DNA from: a virus
Taxonomy: Duplodnaviria; Caudoviricetes
IMG/VR virus record: IMGVR_UViG_3300037484_000435
Span: 384,001 to 448,000 of that record
DNA length: 64,000 nt
Strand: one strand, 5' to 3'
The notes under the pieces are model-generated. The model searched no databases, was not told the DNA's origin, and saw nothing but the letters and a program-made list of their open reading frames with translations. Made by a program: the position numbers and the translations under genes. Below, piece after piece: positions 29,049 to 39,699 of the stretch (positions are counted from its first letter, which is position 1; every line of letters begins with the position of its first letter).

Positions 29049-30125
29049 ATGGAAAAGACAAAGTATGTTGAGGAAATGAGAAGGGTTACGGAGCAAACTC
29101 GAAAAGAACAAAAAGGGGATACTTTAGAGGAAATATCAAAGTATATTCAGGACCAAACGGCTGAATACTCCTACGTGCGGAACTTGTGTGACACCGAGCC
29201 TATTACTAAATTTGAGTTGGAAACACCTATGAAAGAGCCTGCATGGCTTCTCCCCAGTCTAGGTTATGTGGGTATGGACACTTTTGAGGCTGGTGCTACT
29301 AATTTTCTTCTGGGAGTATTTTCGGTGCAAGCCGCTAAAGAGTGGCCTACCAAATATGATGAGGAAAATCGTTTTGATATTTGGGTGAAGGCATTCAATA
29401 ATACCGCGAGAGCTATAGCATCTTATGAAGTAGAAGCCTTTTTCAGATTGCTGGTGGCTATGAGCACAACACATTGTGGGGTAGGCGATGTGTGGGCAGA
29501 GTGCGGGGTTGACCCTATATACGCACCCATAGCAGAGCCAAATCCACCTGTAAAATATTGTGCAGTAGAGCTAATCCACAGGATGGCCCAGATTATGAAG
29601 AATCGTGGTGAAATTCTCGACACCGTAATTGTTGGTCCCGAGGACCTAGCCGATTTACGGGAGTATAAAGACACGGCCCCGTTAGTAGCAAAAGAACATT
29701 TCTTTACCCCAGCCGGTAAACTCTCATTCCTTATTGGGGACCAAAGTTATGATGTGCAAATAGTTGAGTGTGAGGATTTAGGTAAGAAAGGTAAATATAA
29801 TATAAACGACCAAACATCAGACTTTGGGCCTTTTATAGGACAGGCACATAAAGACAATAGTTTCAACGACTATAAAATTACTAACGGAAATGTGCTGGAT
29901 GAAAATGGCAACCTAGTTAAGGCAGGTGAAACTCAGATTTATGGTTTCAGTAAAGATGTTAAGAAATATCTTAAGATGCCTATAACCTACCCCTACACGG
30001 CTTATTGGGACCCGTATTTAAGCCGAAGAAATCAATCGGGGTACTATGGTTGGCAGAAAATGGCTATGGGCTGTCTGAGTAACCGATGTGTAGTCATGGG
30101 GATAATTGACAGAAGTAAAGACTAA
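29049..30125 (+). CDS. major-capsid-like protein, paralog 2
   Basis: WLLPSLGYVG, GPEDLADLREY, AGETQIYGF, YYGWQKMAMG...MGIIDRS; collinear with 11920-12987. Confidence 0.62.
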   Translation: MEKTKYVEEMRRVTEQTRKEQKGDTLEEISKYIQDQTAEYSYVRNLCDTEPITKFELETPMKEPAWLLPSLGYVGMDTFEAGATNFLLGVFSVQAAKEWPTKYDEENRFDIWVKAFNNTARAIASYEVEAFFRLLVAMSTTHCGVGDVWAECGVDPIYAPIAEPNPPVKYCAVELIHRMAQIMKNRGEILDTVIVGPEDLADLREYKDTAPLVAKEHFFTPAGKLSFLIGDQSYDVQIVECEDLGKKGKYNINDQTSDFGPFIGQAHKDNSFNDYKITNGNVLDENGNLVKAGETQIYGFSKDVKKYLKMPITYPYTAYWDPYLSRRNQSGYYGWQKMAMGCLSNRCVVMGIIDRSKD

Positions 30126-30961
30126 TGATTAAAACACGCAACGAAAAAGAAATAGAGTTTGTTGTTGCGTCAGGGGCTTTGGGTTGGTATGGTAATGGGT
30201 GGCCGTGGGAAAGGCCTCTAGTAAAATTGGGGCTAATAGACCCATCACTCTTTACCATCACCACCAAAACTCTGACTCGATTTATAAATAGAGGACGTTG
30301 GTGGGCTGTTAGGCCTGTTAAGGGCGGAGTATGGAATAATATGGGGCTACCTAATAATGGATTTAAGTGGTGGCTGGGACAATACAGAGAGAAATATGGC
30401 ACATTACCTTACAAAACTCTAGTTTCGATCGCCCCTGATACACGTGTAGATGCCCGTCGTATGATAAGTTGGGGCATGGAAGAAGAAGACTTAGAGTATG
30501 ACCCTAATTTCGTAGGTTATGAATTAAACTTGTCCTGTCCCAATACACAACCAATGAAATTTGAACTGATAAAAGAAATAGTTAAGGTGGTAGGGGATGG
30601 GACTGGTCATATTTATGCTACTATTTTAAAACTTAACTATCAGCAAGCCTTTTATTCAGAAGGCTTTACAGATGAGCAACTAAAAGAATTACTCCCTTAT
30701 TGTGATGCTATCTCACTAAACTCGGCCCCGCTCGCCTACGGGAAAGGTGCATATTCAGGAAAGGTAGCACAGCAATATAATTGGGCGACCGCGGAACATT
30801 TACAAAATTTGGGTTTCAAAGTTATCTGGCCCAGTCTATGGGAGTATGAAGACATACAAAAATGTTTTGATAAGGGGGCGGGGGCAGTATCATTTGGAGC
30901 GGTGCATTTACTAAGGCCTTGGGCTCCCACACAGTGGATTAAGAGGTATAAATCCGCATGA
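30125..30961 (+). CDS. pyrD: dihydroorotate dehydrogenase-like flavoprotein
   Basis: ASG, TTKT, NNMGLPN, ELNLSCPN, GAYSG, GAGAVSFG. Confidence 0.85.
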   Translation: MIKTRNEKEIEFVVASGALGWYGNGWPWERPLVKLGLIDPSLFTITTKTLTRFINRGRWWAVRPVKGGVWNNMGLPNNGFKWWLGQYREKYGTLPYKTLVSIAPDTRVDARRMISWGMEEEDLEYDPNFVGYELNLSCPNTQPMKFELIKEIVKVVGDGTGHIYATILKLNYQQAFYSEGFTDEQLKELLPYCDAISLNSAPLAYGKGAYSGKVAQQYNWATAEHLQNLGFKVIWPSLWEYEDIQKCFDKGAGAVSFGAVHLLRPWAPTQWIKRYKSA

Positions 30962-31134
30962 ACTTAATAATGACATACTTAGCATTACTATCAAATGCGT
31001 TTGGCATTGGAATATGGACAGCAATACTATTACAAATGATTATTACTGCTCCATTTAGTTTTTGGTTGACTTTCGTAGGAGTAACTATTATATTTTTTTG
31101 TTTTTTCGCTGCTATAAGAGTAGCAATAACCTAA
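30958..31134 (+). CDS. small two-TM membrane protein (58 aa)
   Basis: Not in track; ATGA overlap. Confidence 0.6.
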   Translation: MNLIMTYLALLSNAFGIGIWTAILLQMIITAPFSFWLTFVGVTIIFFCFFAAIRVAIT

Positions 31135-31145
31135 AAGGAGTATCT

Positions 31146-32504
31146 ATGAATGAAATAGAACAGTATCTCGCAACAATAACAAAATTGTGCGAGGACAAAA
31201 AGAAAGAGTTTGATGACATAAAAGATGAGGACATCAAACTAAAACTGGAGTGGTTACGGGACCAATTTTTGGGTATTATAATGTCAATAGCCTTGAAAAA
31301 TATTGAAGAGGCCCAAAAATATGAAGAAGCATTGGAAAGGTTTCAAAAGAAAGGCGAGCACCAGAGCAGATTAATTCACCCCTAAGGAATACGAAATGTT
31401 AACTAAAGGTTTCTTAAGTGACGACGAAAAACGTTCTATTAGAGAACAGCTTTTTGCGATGATGAAAATCGTGGGGATTCCCGAACAGTTAACGCTGTGG
31501 ACGGAGCCCCCACCACATGACCACCGCTGTCTTCGGGCCCCTTTGGATGTGGCTGAATTTATAGATATGCAACCGTACCGTGAAGACGGAGATGACCTTA
31601 TCTGGGCTATGCGATATATAGACAGCAATGGTCGTAAAAATACTATATTCTTTAAGAGAGTTTAGGGATGAAATTTGAAACACTAAGAGAAGAAGCAGAA
31701 GCAGTGGCCGAAAGGTTAAGAGAGTTGAAATATGATGAGGTCCGCTTTATTGTGATGAATGATGATGTGGTATATTCCGTAGATAAGAAAAAATTTATAT
31801 TTATGGAAGACCTTCCTCAAGAGTTTGATAAAGGGGATTACACAGCTTTTGACTGGGCTACATGTAAAGCCAAGGAGTTTAAAAATGAGATTTGAACCGA
31901 GTTTAATTTATGGGTCAGCAGGAGACATAATATATGTTACCCTGCTGGATGACAACGGCAAAGTGTTACCAATAAAGAGTGACCGTTGTATTGTATTTAC
32001 TGGTCCAGACAGAACCAGTGCCCACATAGTGGATTTTGGGAAGCGACTTTACCCGATATCTGTCATACACAAAGAGGGTATGTTAGAGGTGATTATAACA
32101 GGAGATTGCCCTTCCTTTATTATTTATCGGGATTCAGAAACTCAGCAAGCTGTAACATTAGACATACACGTAGCCCCAGCCCATGACCACAGACGTATCG
32201 ATCAGGGTGGCCCTGCGGTGGGCGTTTTTGATTCTTTTCAAGTATGAGGTAAAATATGAAAGAACTTAATGATGAAATAATTATATTTCCGAGTGCTTTT
32301 CGAAAAATCAAAAAGGATGAGGATTTGGATGATATTCCAAAGACGTCTTTCGGGGACGTTCTCGCAAGCGTAAAACCAGAGAACCCCGAAGACCTATCTG
32401 CTGATGAATTAGAAAATGCTTTCGATAGATACGGTATACCACTAAGGGTAGAACGTGCTAAGAAGCACTTTGAAAAAAATAAAAAAGGAAAAGGCAGACT
32501 ATGA
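31146..32504 (+). other. five hypothetical ORFs (31146-31385, 31396-31665, 31668-31895, 31885-32247, 32256-32504)
   Basis: SD sites and coupling. Confidence 0.7.
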
Positions 32505-32905
32505 AGAGACGAGATTTTGTAAAACTTTCAGCGGCGGGGCTTTTAGCCTTGGCTATGCCCTTTACTTTACCACAAACAGCTACGGTACAAAACACTTTGG
32601 AAGGTATGGGCTTCACGAAAAGCTATGATTTATTGAAAGTGCAGATAGGTTCTTTTAAAGGAAGCGATTTAGAACGGTCTTTTGAAGTAAACCAAGGTTA
32701 TCATAACAAAAAAGGGTGGCTTCGTTTGATGAAGTACACTGAGGGAAGACAAGCAAATATCTACGGAAAAGATTACGGTTGGTTAGTTGAGTGGCGACCT
32801 TATGAAAAGCACTCTCAGCTTAATTGTAAGGATGTTGATATCTACGCAAATAGTGAATTGGGACTAATTAAGAATTTAAAGAAAAATGAGTGGGAGATGA
32901 TATAA
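32501..32905 (+). CDS. protein with twin-arginine (Tat) signal peptide
   Basis: MKRRDFVKLSAAGLLALAMP. Confidence 0.75.
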   Translation: MKRRDFVKLSAAGLLALAMPFTLPQTATVQNTLEGMGFTKSYDLLKVQIGSFKGSDLERSFEVNQGYHNKKGWLRLMKYTEGRQANIYGKDYGWLVEWRPYEKHSQLNCKDVDIYANSELGLIKNLKKNEWEMI

Positions 32906-33554
32906 TGATACAACTAGGAACATATAAGCCTGAAGGAGGTTGGTGGTGTGCTCTGTGTTATCCCGATGCGGGAGAGCAGGGTGAGTGGTTTTGTAATGTA
33001 ACAGATGGAAAGGGGCGGTCTTCGTCCTTCATTTGTGACAAACACAAACATTTAACACTTGGTGAATTGGTGGAGCAGTTGAATAAGAGGCAGGACGAGA
33101 TGGATAAACCAGCTAAATTCGAGTTCATACGTTCTGATGGTGGTTCTCTGAGTGATGGGTGGAGGTTAGCAGAATGATTGAGTTGTTTCGTATTTTAGAG
33201 AGTAATGGGTGGTCTTGTGAACCCCATAATTTAGAACCTATTGACAATGTGAATCAGTGGAAAATTCAGCATGATAAATCCCAAGAAATTGCTAGGTTAT
33301 GGGAAGTCAAAGTTGACAACATAACCCGTTACATCGTGTTTTGGGGGCACGCCACCAAGGTAGTCACTGAATCTCCCGCCAAGGGGATCGCGAAGTCGGT
33401 CGAGTATAAACTCTTGATAGATTACGCGGATGACACTGAAGAATTGAGCAGGATGTTAAAGACAACACTCTCTAGGCTCCACCCCAAAATGGAGTCTAGC
33501 TTAGTAAAAGCAAAGCTGGTTCCTGGGTTCGATATGCTAGGAGGAGATGAATAA
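32890..33554 (+). other. two hypothetical ORFs (32890-33177, about 33174-33554)
   Basis: Coupled ORFs. Confidence 0.65.
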
Positions 33555-34027
33555 TGAAAAGAAGAGATTTTATAAAGACAGCAGGAATAGCCACAGTTAC
33601 CGGCCTGGGTGTGGCTGGGCTATCTTCCGCAGGAGTAAAAAACGAGGAACATATTCCTTGGGAGGAGATAGACCATGTAATTAAAGATTGTGGGTTTCCT
33701 AGAAATATTTATTCCAACACTACAAAAGAATCTTTGGGTGACATGGCAATAGATATAAAAACCCAGCCAGATGACATTAGAAGATTCTATAACAAATTTT
33801 TGTCAAACGGAAGTCAGTATCACCTGAACTTTGAGAGGATAGAAAATGTAAACGGAGAAAACAAATTAACTTTCGTTTATTTGGCCTTTCAAGAAATTCT
33901 TGGGGATGGGTCTAGGGGTATGTGGACTGAGCACCCTATAAAAAGGTTTTATCTGGACCCTCAAAACTGGGAGGCAGAACTTCGGGAAGTTATTACTTTA
34001 GGATTATCTAAAAAATTTAATTCTTAA
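33554..34027 (+). CDS. protein with twin-arginine (Tat) signal peptide
   Basis: MKRRDFIKTAGIATVTGLGVAGLSSA. Confidence 0.75.
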   Translation: MKRRDFIKTAGIATVTGLGVAGLSSAGVKNEEHIPWEEIDHVIKDCGFPRNIYSNTTKESLGDMAIDIKTQPDDIRRFYNKFLSNGSQYHLNFERIENVNGENKLTFVYLAFQEILGDGSRGMWTEHPIKRFYLDPQNWEAELREVITLGLSKKFNS

Positions 34028-34159
34028 TTGTCTTGGGGGATGGGGTGCTTCTCTACTATAATATTATAATTTGTTTTCGTGTTGAAACACTAATTTTATT
34101 AGACACACGAAAAAGGGTAAAGTTCCCCATCCTAAAAAATATTTTTAAAGGAAATAAAA

Positions 34160-34990
34160 ATGGAATGGCTTATTGAAGTAGACCGCTTTGATGAGGGTTA
34201 TATGAAATCAGTAATAACCGAGTTACAACGGATGGGTGTAAAATACCATATAGTAAAATACATCCCCATCAGTAATGGTTACGTTGTGTATGAAGGTCAA
34301 AAGAAGCATGTGAGTGATGTAATGGCCTTATCAAATGGTCCCCTGCTGGCCTACGGCTCTATAAATTTGATGCAAAAGATAAGTCCTTATAAGTGGTGTA
34401 GACCAGGACCGGGGGTAACTTGGGATAATTATAAGTGTTCTAATTATTATCCCTATTACTCTGAATACCTTTTTAACAATTTCGGGGATTGGTACCCCTT
34501 GCAATGGTTAGCCAAAAAATTTGATGATTTGGTTCCTTACGAAGCCTTTATTAGGCCCGACGATAGCACCAAATCTTTTAAAGGTGGGCGTTACACGAAG
34601 GAAACTTTTCTAGAAGCAATTGAAAATATAGACGAAAATATCTGGGTATATGTGGATACAGTCCCGAATGAAGAATGTTTATTAGAAGAAGAGTATAGAC
34701 TATTTTGTATCAATGGTAAAGTTATTACTGGGTCACAATATAGACAACGTGAAAAGAAAAACACTAGTCCAGAGGTTCCTACTGATGCAGTGGAGTATGT
34801 GGAATCAATGATACAATCTGTAGGTTATATGCCTGATGACGTGTTCGCAGTGGACATTGTTAAGTCGGACAGGCAATATTACTTATTAGAATTAAGTCCT
34901 TGGGCGTGTGCTGGTTTTTATGATTGTGACATACCCAAATTGGTAACAGAAATCCACAAATATTATACTGATTTAGGAAGGCCACAATGA
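34160..34990 (+). CDS. ATP-grasp domain protein (DUF4343/R2K-like)
   Basis: FIRPDDSTKSFKG, EEEYRLFCINGKVITGSQY, FAVDI, LLELS. Confidence 0.8.
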   Translation: MEWLIEVDRFDEGYMKSVITELQRMGVKYHIVKYIPISNGYVVYEGQKKHVSDVMALSNGPLLAYGSINLMQKISPYKWCRPGPGVTWDNYKCSNYYPYYSEYLFNNFGDWYPLQWLAKKFDDLVPYEAFIRPDDSTKSFKGGRYTKETFLEAIENIDENIWVYVDTVPNEECLLEEEYRLFCINGKVITGSQYRQREKKNTSPEVPTDAVEYVESMIQSVGYMPDDVFAVDIVKSDRQYYLLELSPWACAGFYDCDIPKLVTEIHKYYTDLGRPQ

Positions 34991-35355
34991 GAATAGCCCG
35001 CGGAGCCACCCGCGAAGTAATTTTAACTAAACACTACGCACTTAAAGTACCTTCTATTAGGTCATGGGAATTGTTCTTATGCGGACTACTCGCCAATACG
35101 AGCGAAAAGGTTTGGTCCGGATTCAGCCAACATTTGTGCCCTGTTTTATGGTCATTACCAGGTGGATTTTTGAGTGTGATGCCCCGTATCGACACCTTTG
35201 ACGACCACCTAGATGATGACCTTTATGAAGAGATATTCGGGGAGAAGGAAGGCTATACACTAGAATTTGTGGAGAATAAGCCGAATCATTTTGGTTACTA
35301 TCACGGGCACATTGTCGCGGTAGACTATGGCCAAGTATTTAGGAATTGGAGATGA
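34987..35355 (+). CDS. minimal protein-kinase-like fold protein
   Basis: GATREV, YALKVP, NKPNHFG, VAVDYG resemble the Gly-loop, VAIK, catalytic and DFG motifs. Confidence 0.5.
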   Translation: MRIARGATREVILTKHYALKVPSIRSWELFLCGLLANTSEKVWSGFSQHLCPVLWSLPGGFLSVMPRIDTFDDHLDDDLYEEIFGEKEGYTLEFVENKPNHFGYYHGHIVAVDYGQVFRNWR

Positions 35356-35934
35356 CCTACGCAGAATTAGAAGACAAATTTGGCAAACGTAATATGAATA
35401 AATGTACAGAGCTCTACCGTAAGTATGTGATTGACCCAATACCAAAAGGACGCAAAGCAGTGTTGGTAGGTTTAGATACCTACTTATCCCGTATCAACCC
35501 TATTCTAGGTGGTGGGGTCAATACCAAAGAACTCTTGGAAGACCTAACGGAGTATGGTTTTTGGGACCAAGTGGTGGTCTTATCTTGGTATGTTGGTCGT
35601 ATGAAAAAAACAAAGAGGAAAAAAGACAATGAATGAGCATACTATTGCACAGAAGTTAAATGAAATTAGAAACTTGCTGTTGGAGTTACTTGAGAAAAAC
35701 GAATGTGATTCCTCCCCGCAACAACCAGTTTCACCCGAAGCGGTGCAGGGCGGAATAAGTGTGGCCGAACTTAGAGAGCGTCTGGCCGACACTACGCTGG
35801 ACCCTGAAGCACGTTTTGTGTTCTGTTCCTACGATGGTAAATTTATGCAGCCTATCGGATGGACAGATAAGAACTGGGTTGGGGACTCTAAAATCATTTA
35901 TCTTGTAGGCTATAATAATCTAAATCAGTGGTAA
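35346..35934 (+). other. two hypothetical ORFs (35346-35636, 35629-35934)
   Basis: Coupled ORFs. Confidence 0.65.
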
Positions 35935-35996
35935 ATAATTTACCTACTACCTCTATTATATGCCCTAAAGGGGCCGATTACAGGAGGTGATGCCAT

Positions 35997-36053
35997 ATGA
36001 TTAGATTCAAATGTAAAGGTGGTGGCAAAGGGGGAAAGGGCGGTAGAAAGTAA
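35997..36053 (+). CDS. 18-aa Gly/Lys-rich peptide
   Basis: SD AGGAGGT 8 nt before ATG; MIRFKCKGGGKGGKGGRK; terminator follows. Confidence 0.6.
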   Translation: MIRFKCKGGGKGGKGGRK

Positions 36054-36078
36054 TCCCCCAACCTCAAACTAAGTTAAG

Positions 36079-36105
36079 AAGCCATAGCATAGTCTATGGC
36101 TTTTT
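36079..36105 (+). terminator. rho-independent terminator
   Basis: AAGCCATAG-CATAGT-CTATGGCTT followed by a T run. Confidence 0.75.
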
Positions 36106-36114
36106 ACTGTACAG

Positions 36115-36143
36115 TAGAGTTGGATTTGTGTACTAGTTATATA
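36115..36143 (+). promoter_or_regulatory. class A promoter-like motif
   Basis: TAGAGT-17 bp containing GATTTGTGTACTAG-TATATA. Confidence 0.7.
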
Positions 36144-36171
36144 GTAGATACCCTGTCACAAAGGTAATTCA

Positions 36172-36805
36172 ATGACAAAAAATTACAAAAAATATCTTAT
36201 TAAAAGGACACTTAGAAACGTCTTTCTGGTATTACTTTATTTTACTGGATGTATAGGTCTATTAGTAATTCTTACCTATTTATTCTCAATTTCAGTGATC
36301 GCATTTAGCATAGTTCTTGGTGCCATACTCTTAGGAACAGCACTACTTCTAGCTTATGATGAGGCTAAAGACTCTTACTGTGAACAATTATTAAGAGAAA
36401 TGGAGTGGAATGATGAACGAAGAATATGATGAAACGTTAGAGGACCAAGTAAACAGAATTCGTTTTGCTATGGATGAAATAGAGACCTCAGAATATCTCC
36501 CCAAAGAGTATTGGATTCCTGTATTTCAGGCTGTCTTGGGTTGGATGAACCAAATACAAGAAATGTCCAACGAACTGCATAATCATCGATACGAGATGGT
36601 GATGCGGAAAAACGAGGGGTTTACCAGAGATGGTATTTTGGGTGGAGATTTACAAAGTAGGATTTGGTGTATGAATTATATTGTAAATACCCTCAAAGAC
36701 CACGGATTAGATTGCACGCAAACGTGTTTAAACGAAAATATTCGTAAGGTGTATGAAACTACGGAAGAATTCAAGCGGACCAAGGATTTGGGAGCAGGAA
36801 TATGA
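36172..36805 (+). other. membrane protein 36172-36429 and hypothetical protein 36410-36805
   Basis: ORFs after the promoter motif. Confidence 0.65.
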
Positions 36806-37389
36806 AACCTATTACCATATGGCAGTTTTGTGCGTGGTGCGGAAAAATAGCCAATTATAGAAGTGCACCAAGAGAATTATACGGGACGGATTGTGCGGAC
36901 CCTACCATTACATTCTGTAGCACGAAATGTGAAGATAAGTATGAAGAGTATAGGAGCAGTCTAAAAAAAGTATTTCCTGTAGAAGCAGCACACACTGAAG
37001 AGGTTGAACTAGATATTTCTTCTATGCGGTTGCCAGCAAACAGGCCCACACCTAAGAGGTCTATAATAGAAGTTGATAGTAATATTACGTTGGAAGATTT
37101 GATAAAAGTATTAGAAGAAAACCAAGTGGATGTCCCGCCTGGAGGCTACCACAACTATATTAAATCTGAGCAGTGGGCCCGCAAGAGTCAAGCAATGCGT
37201 AAGTATTTTAAGACATGTGCTATCTGTGATTCGGGTATCAAGCTGTGCGTGCACCACAAACACTATGAAACGGTGGGGCGAGAACGGCTTAAGGACCTGA
37301 CCGTGCTCTGCGGGGACCATCACTGGGAACATGAGGAAAAGAGGATAAAGGAGAAAAAGAAGAAGGAGGACGACAATGATAGGTCATGA
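36802..37389 (+). CDS. Zn-finger plus HNH-like protein
   Basis: CAWC...FCS..C; CAIC...VHHKHY...ERLKDLTVLC..HH. Confidence 0.7.
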   Translation: MKPITIWQFCAWCGKIANYRSAPRELYGTDCADPTITFCSTKCEDKYEEYRSSLKKVFPVEAAHTEEVELDISSMRLPANRPTPKRSIIEVDSNITLEDLIKVLEENQVDVPPGGYHNYIKSEQWARKSQAMRKYFKTCAICDSGIKLCVHHKHYETVGRERLKDLTVLCGDHHWEHEEKRIKEKKKKEDDNDRS

Positions 37390-38929
37390 GGTAGAAGAGT
37401 GGATTGATACTTGGAATCAAAAATACGAGAATCTAGAAGAGATGTATGATTTCGACTTTGCTTGGGACCTTTATGAACACACAAAAATAGCTAGGGTAAT
37501 GTTGGATGAATTAGACCATAATCTAGAGATATATACGCATATGACATTCGCTATGCTAGAAGATATGCACCCCACCCTAACCCCAGAACAAAAAGCTGAT
37601 ATACACAAGATGTATTTTAGAAACGCAGTAAACATAATAAAAGAGAGTAGGAATGGAACCAAAACTAAGAGTTGAAGTCCATGATATGTGGACAGGAGAA
37701 TTTTTACTTAGCCACCATGCTAAAGGTGGGATGACTATGTTAAAGATTAAGCAGGGCGATTACCCCGAAAGAATTATTGAAGCCCTAGAGAATGCTTTAG
37801 AATATGCTCGGGCCGAACTGTGCACAGAGGATACCAGTGAAAGTATTCAATAAAAACATGGTCTTGATTTACGAGAACAACCTAACGGGGGAGAATCTCA
37901 GAAAGCATTGGGCTACTGAATTAGGGCTGGGATACGCCCAAACTGAAGAGGGAAACTTTATACTGGCGTCCGGTAGTTTAATACAGGCTGTGGGATTAAG
38001 GGATTTGGCCAGTAAACACCAAGATGTTAGTTATGTAATTGAGCTCGCCGCCCGACGGTATGGTTACACCGAGCCTATGAGAGTTAAACCTTACGAGATT
38101 ATATGGGGAGAAGGTATAATGTTTACTGAACTAGAATTGGGAGAAGAAACGAATGTGGAATAAAGAAGAAGCTCAAAAGGCTATGGAAAAGTTAATAGAT
38201 GAAACAAATCGTGGTATTATTAAATGGCGTAGGTGGGGTTCTACAGACCCATCAGAATATACTCCCCCAGAAGAGGGGCATCAATTACACCTTACAATCC
38301 CTAACTGGACCGTTTACTACACAAAATTGGTTGGAACCCATGTAACTGTAGAAAACCATCTAGGTAATAAGTCGTTTCAAATTTATTGGGGTGCACCCGT
38401 TGGGCGGGGCGGTTCAATTATGGACATGGAAAAAGAATTACCTTTGATGGATGAATTGCTTATTACCATTCGTAATTCTAACCCTGAGTCTCTGCCTAAG
38501 TGGCGTTTTGCGTGGAAAGAAGAGAACAAGGGACCAGAATGCTGGTGGATGAAACAAGAGCATATATGGCACACAGTACGTGATACTTTGGACATTTATT
38601 TGAAGGGTGAAATTCCACATTACGCAGGGGAAAGTGTGGAAGAAACCATTTCTGAAGAAACCCTTGAAGCCCAGAAGAAAGAGAGTGAAGACCATGCCTA
38701 TGGGAGGGTGCCCCGTATACGGGAACGTTACGCTATAAACATTTGGGAACAGTTGGAACCTAAATTCGAGATTACACGTTATCAAGTTATGCACGACCTT
38801 TACAATCATGGTATGGATGAACTTGGCTCACGACAAACCTTAGAAGAATGTTATGTTGTAATAAGACAACACCACGAATATTATAATTCTCCTTACGACA
38901 AGGATAAAGTTAAAGAGTGGGAGAAATAA
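37376..38929 (+). other. hypothetical ORFs (37376-37675, 37653-37853, 37804-38163, 38153-38929)
   Basis: Coupled ORFs. Confidence 0.7.
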
Positions 38930-38934
38930 ACCAC

Positions 38935-39699
38935 ATGAACATAAAATTTAATGTAATGGTGTCGACGGTACCAAAGTGCGGGACTTATTTGGGTGCAGCT
39001 TTGTTGCGGTCCATAGGGTTCATAGACCAGGAACTCCACGTGTATAATGCTGCTGCGGAAAATTATCGTGGGTTGGCGGAAGATGAGAAGATTAAGGAGC
39101 CAGTAAACACCTTCGATTTTAACTTGGTCCATCACCTACGGTGGTCACGTCCAGGCACTTTCGTAGTTGGACATCCTGGACTTGTTAAAGACTTAGTGGA
39201 CTACCTACAGACAGAAGATACCACTAAGGTAATTTACATCACACGTGATTTACGTTTGGCAGCTATTTCCCAAATGCGATTCTTAGCACGAGCCCAAGAT
39301 ATACACGCTTACGTTAAGGAAGAACCCTTTTGGACCATGAGTTTATGCCCAGAAAAAATACTTTCCTTCTTGTGCAGCAGAGCATTTCATGAATGGCTTA
39401 AATATGCACATACTCAGAAATATTGGTTAGGGGCTGAATCCTTGGATAATGTATATATAGCTAAATTTCAAGACTTAAGAAACGGGTCTAACCTTGAACC
39501 TCTGGCAGATTTTCTGGAACATAGAATAGAACCGAACTATCATGGCTTACCAACCAGAACTTATTCATCGATAAAATCGGAAGAGATTTTTGATAAATTC
39601 TGGACAGACGAACACCAGAGAATGTGGGAAACAACGGGGGCTAGTAGTCTTAACCGGACTTACGAGAGCCCGTTAGAAATTAAACGGCGGGTGGCGTGA
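38935..39699 (+). CDS. sulfotransferase-like protein
   Basis: STVPKCGTY (5'-PSB-like loop), VIYITRDLR.AAIS (3'-PB-like), KFQDL. Confidence 0.7.
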   Translation: MNIKFNVMVSTVPKCGTYLGAALLRSIGFIDQELHVYNAAAENYRGLAEDEKIKEPVNTFDFNLVHHLRWSRPGTFVVGHPGLVKDLVDYLQTEDTTKVIYITRDLRLAAISQMRFLARAQDIHAYVKEEPFWTMSLCPEKILSFLCSRAFHEWLKYAHTQKYWLGAESLDNVYIAKFQDLRNGSNLEPLADFLEHRIEPNYHGLPTRTYSSIKSEEIFDKFWTDEHQRMWETTGASSLNRTYESPLEIKRRVA

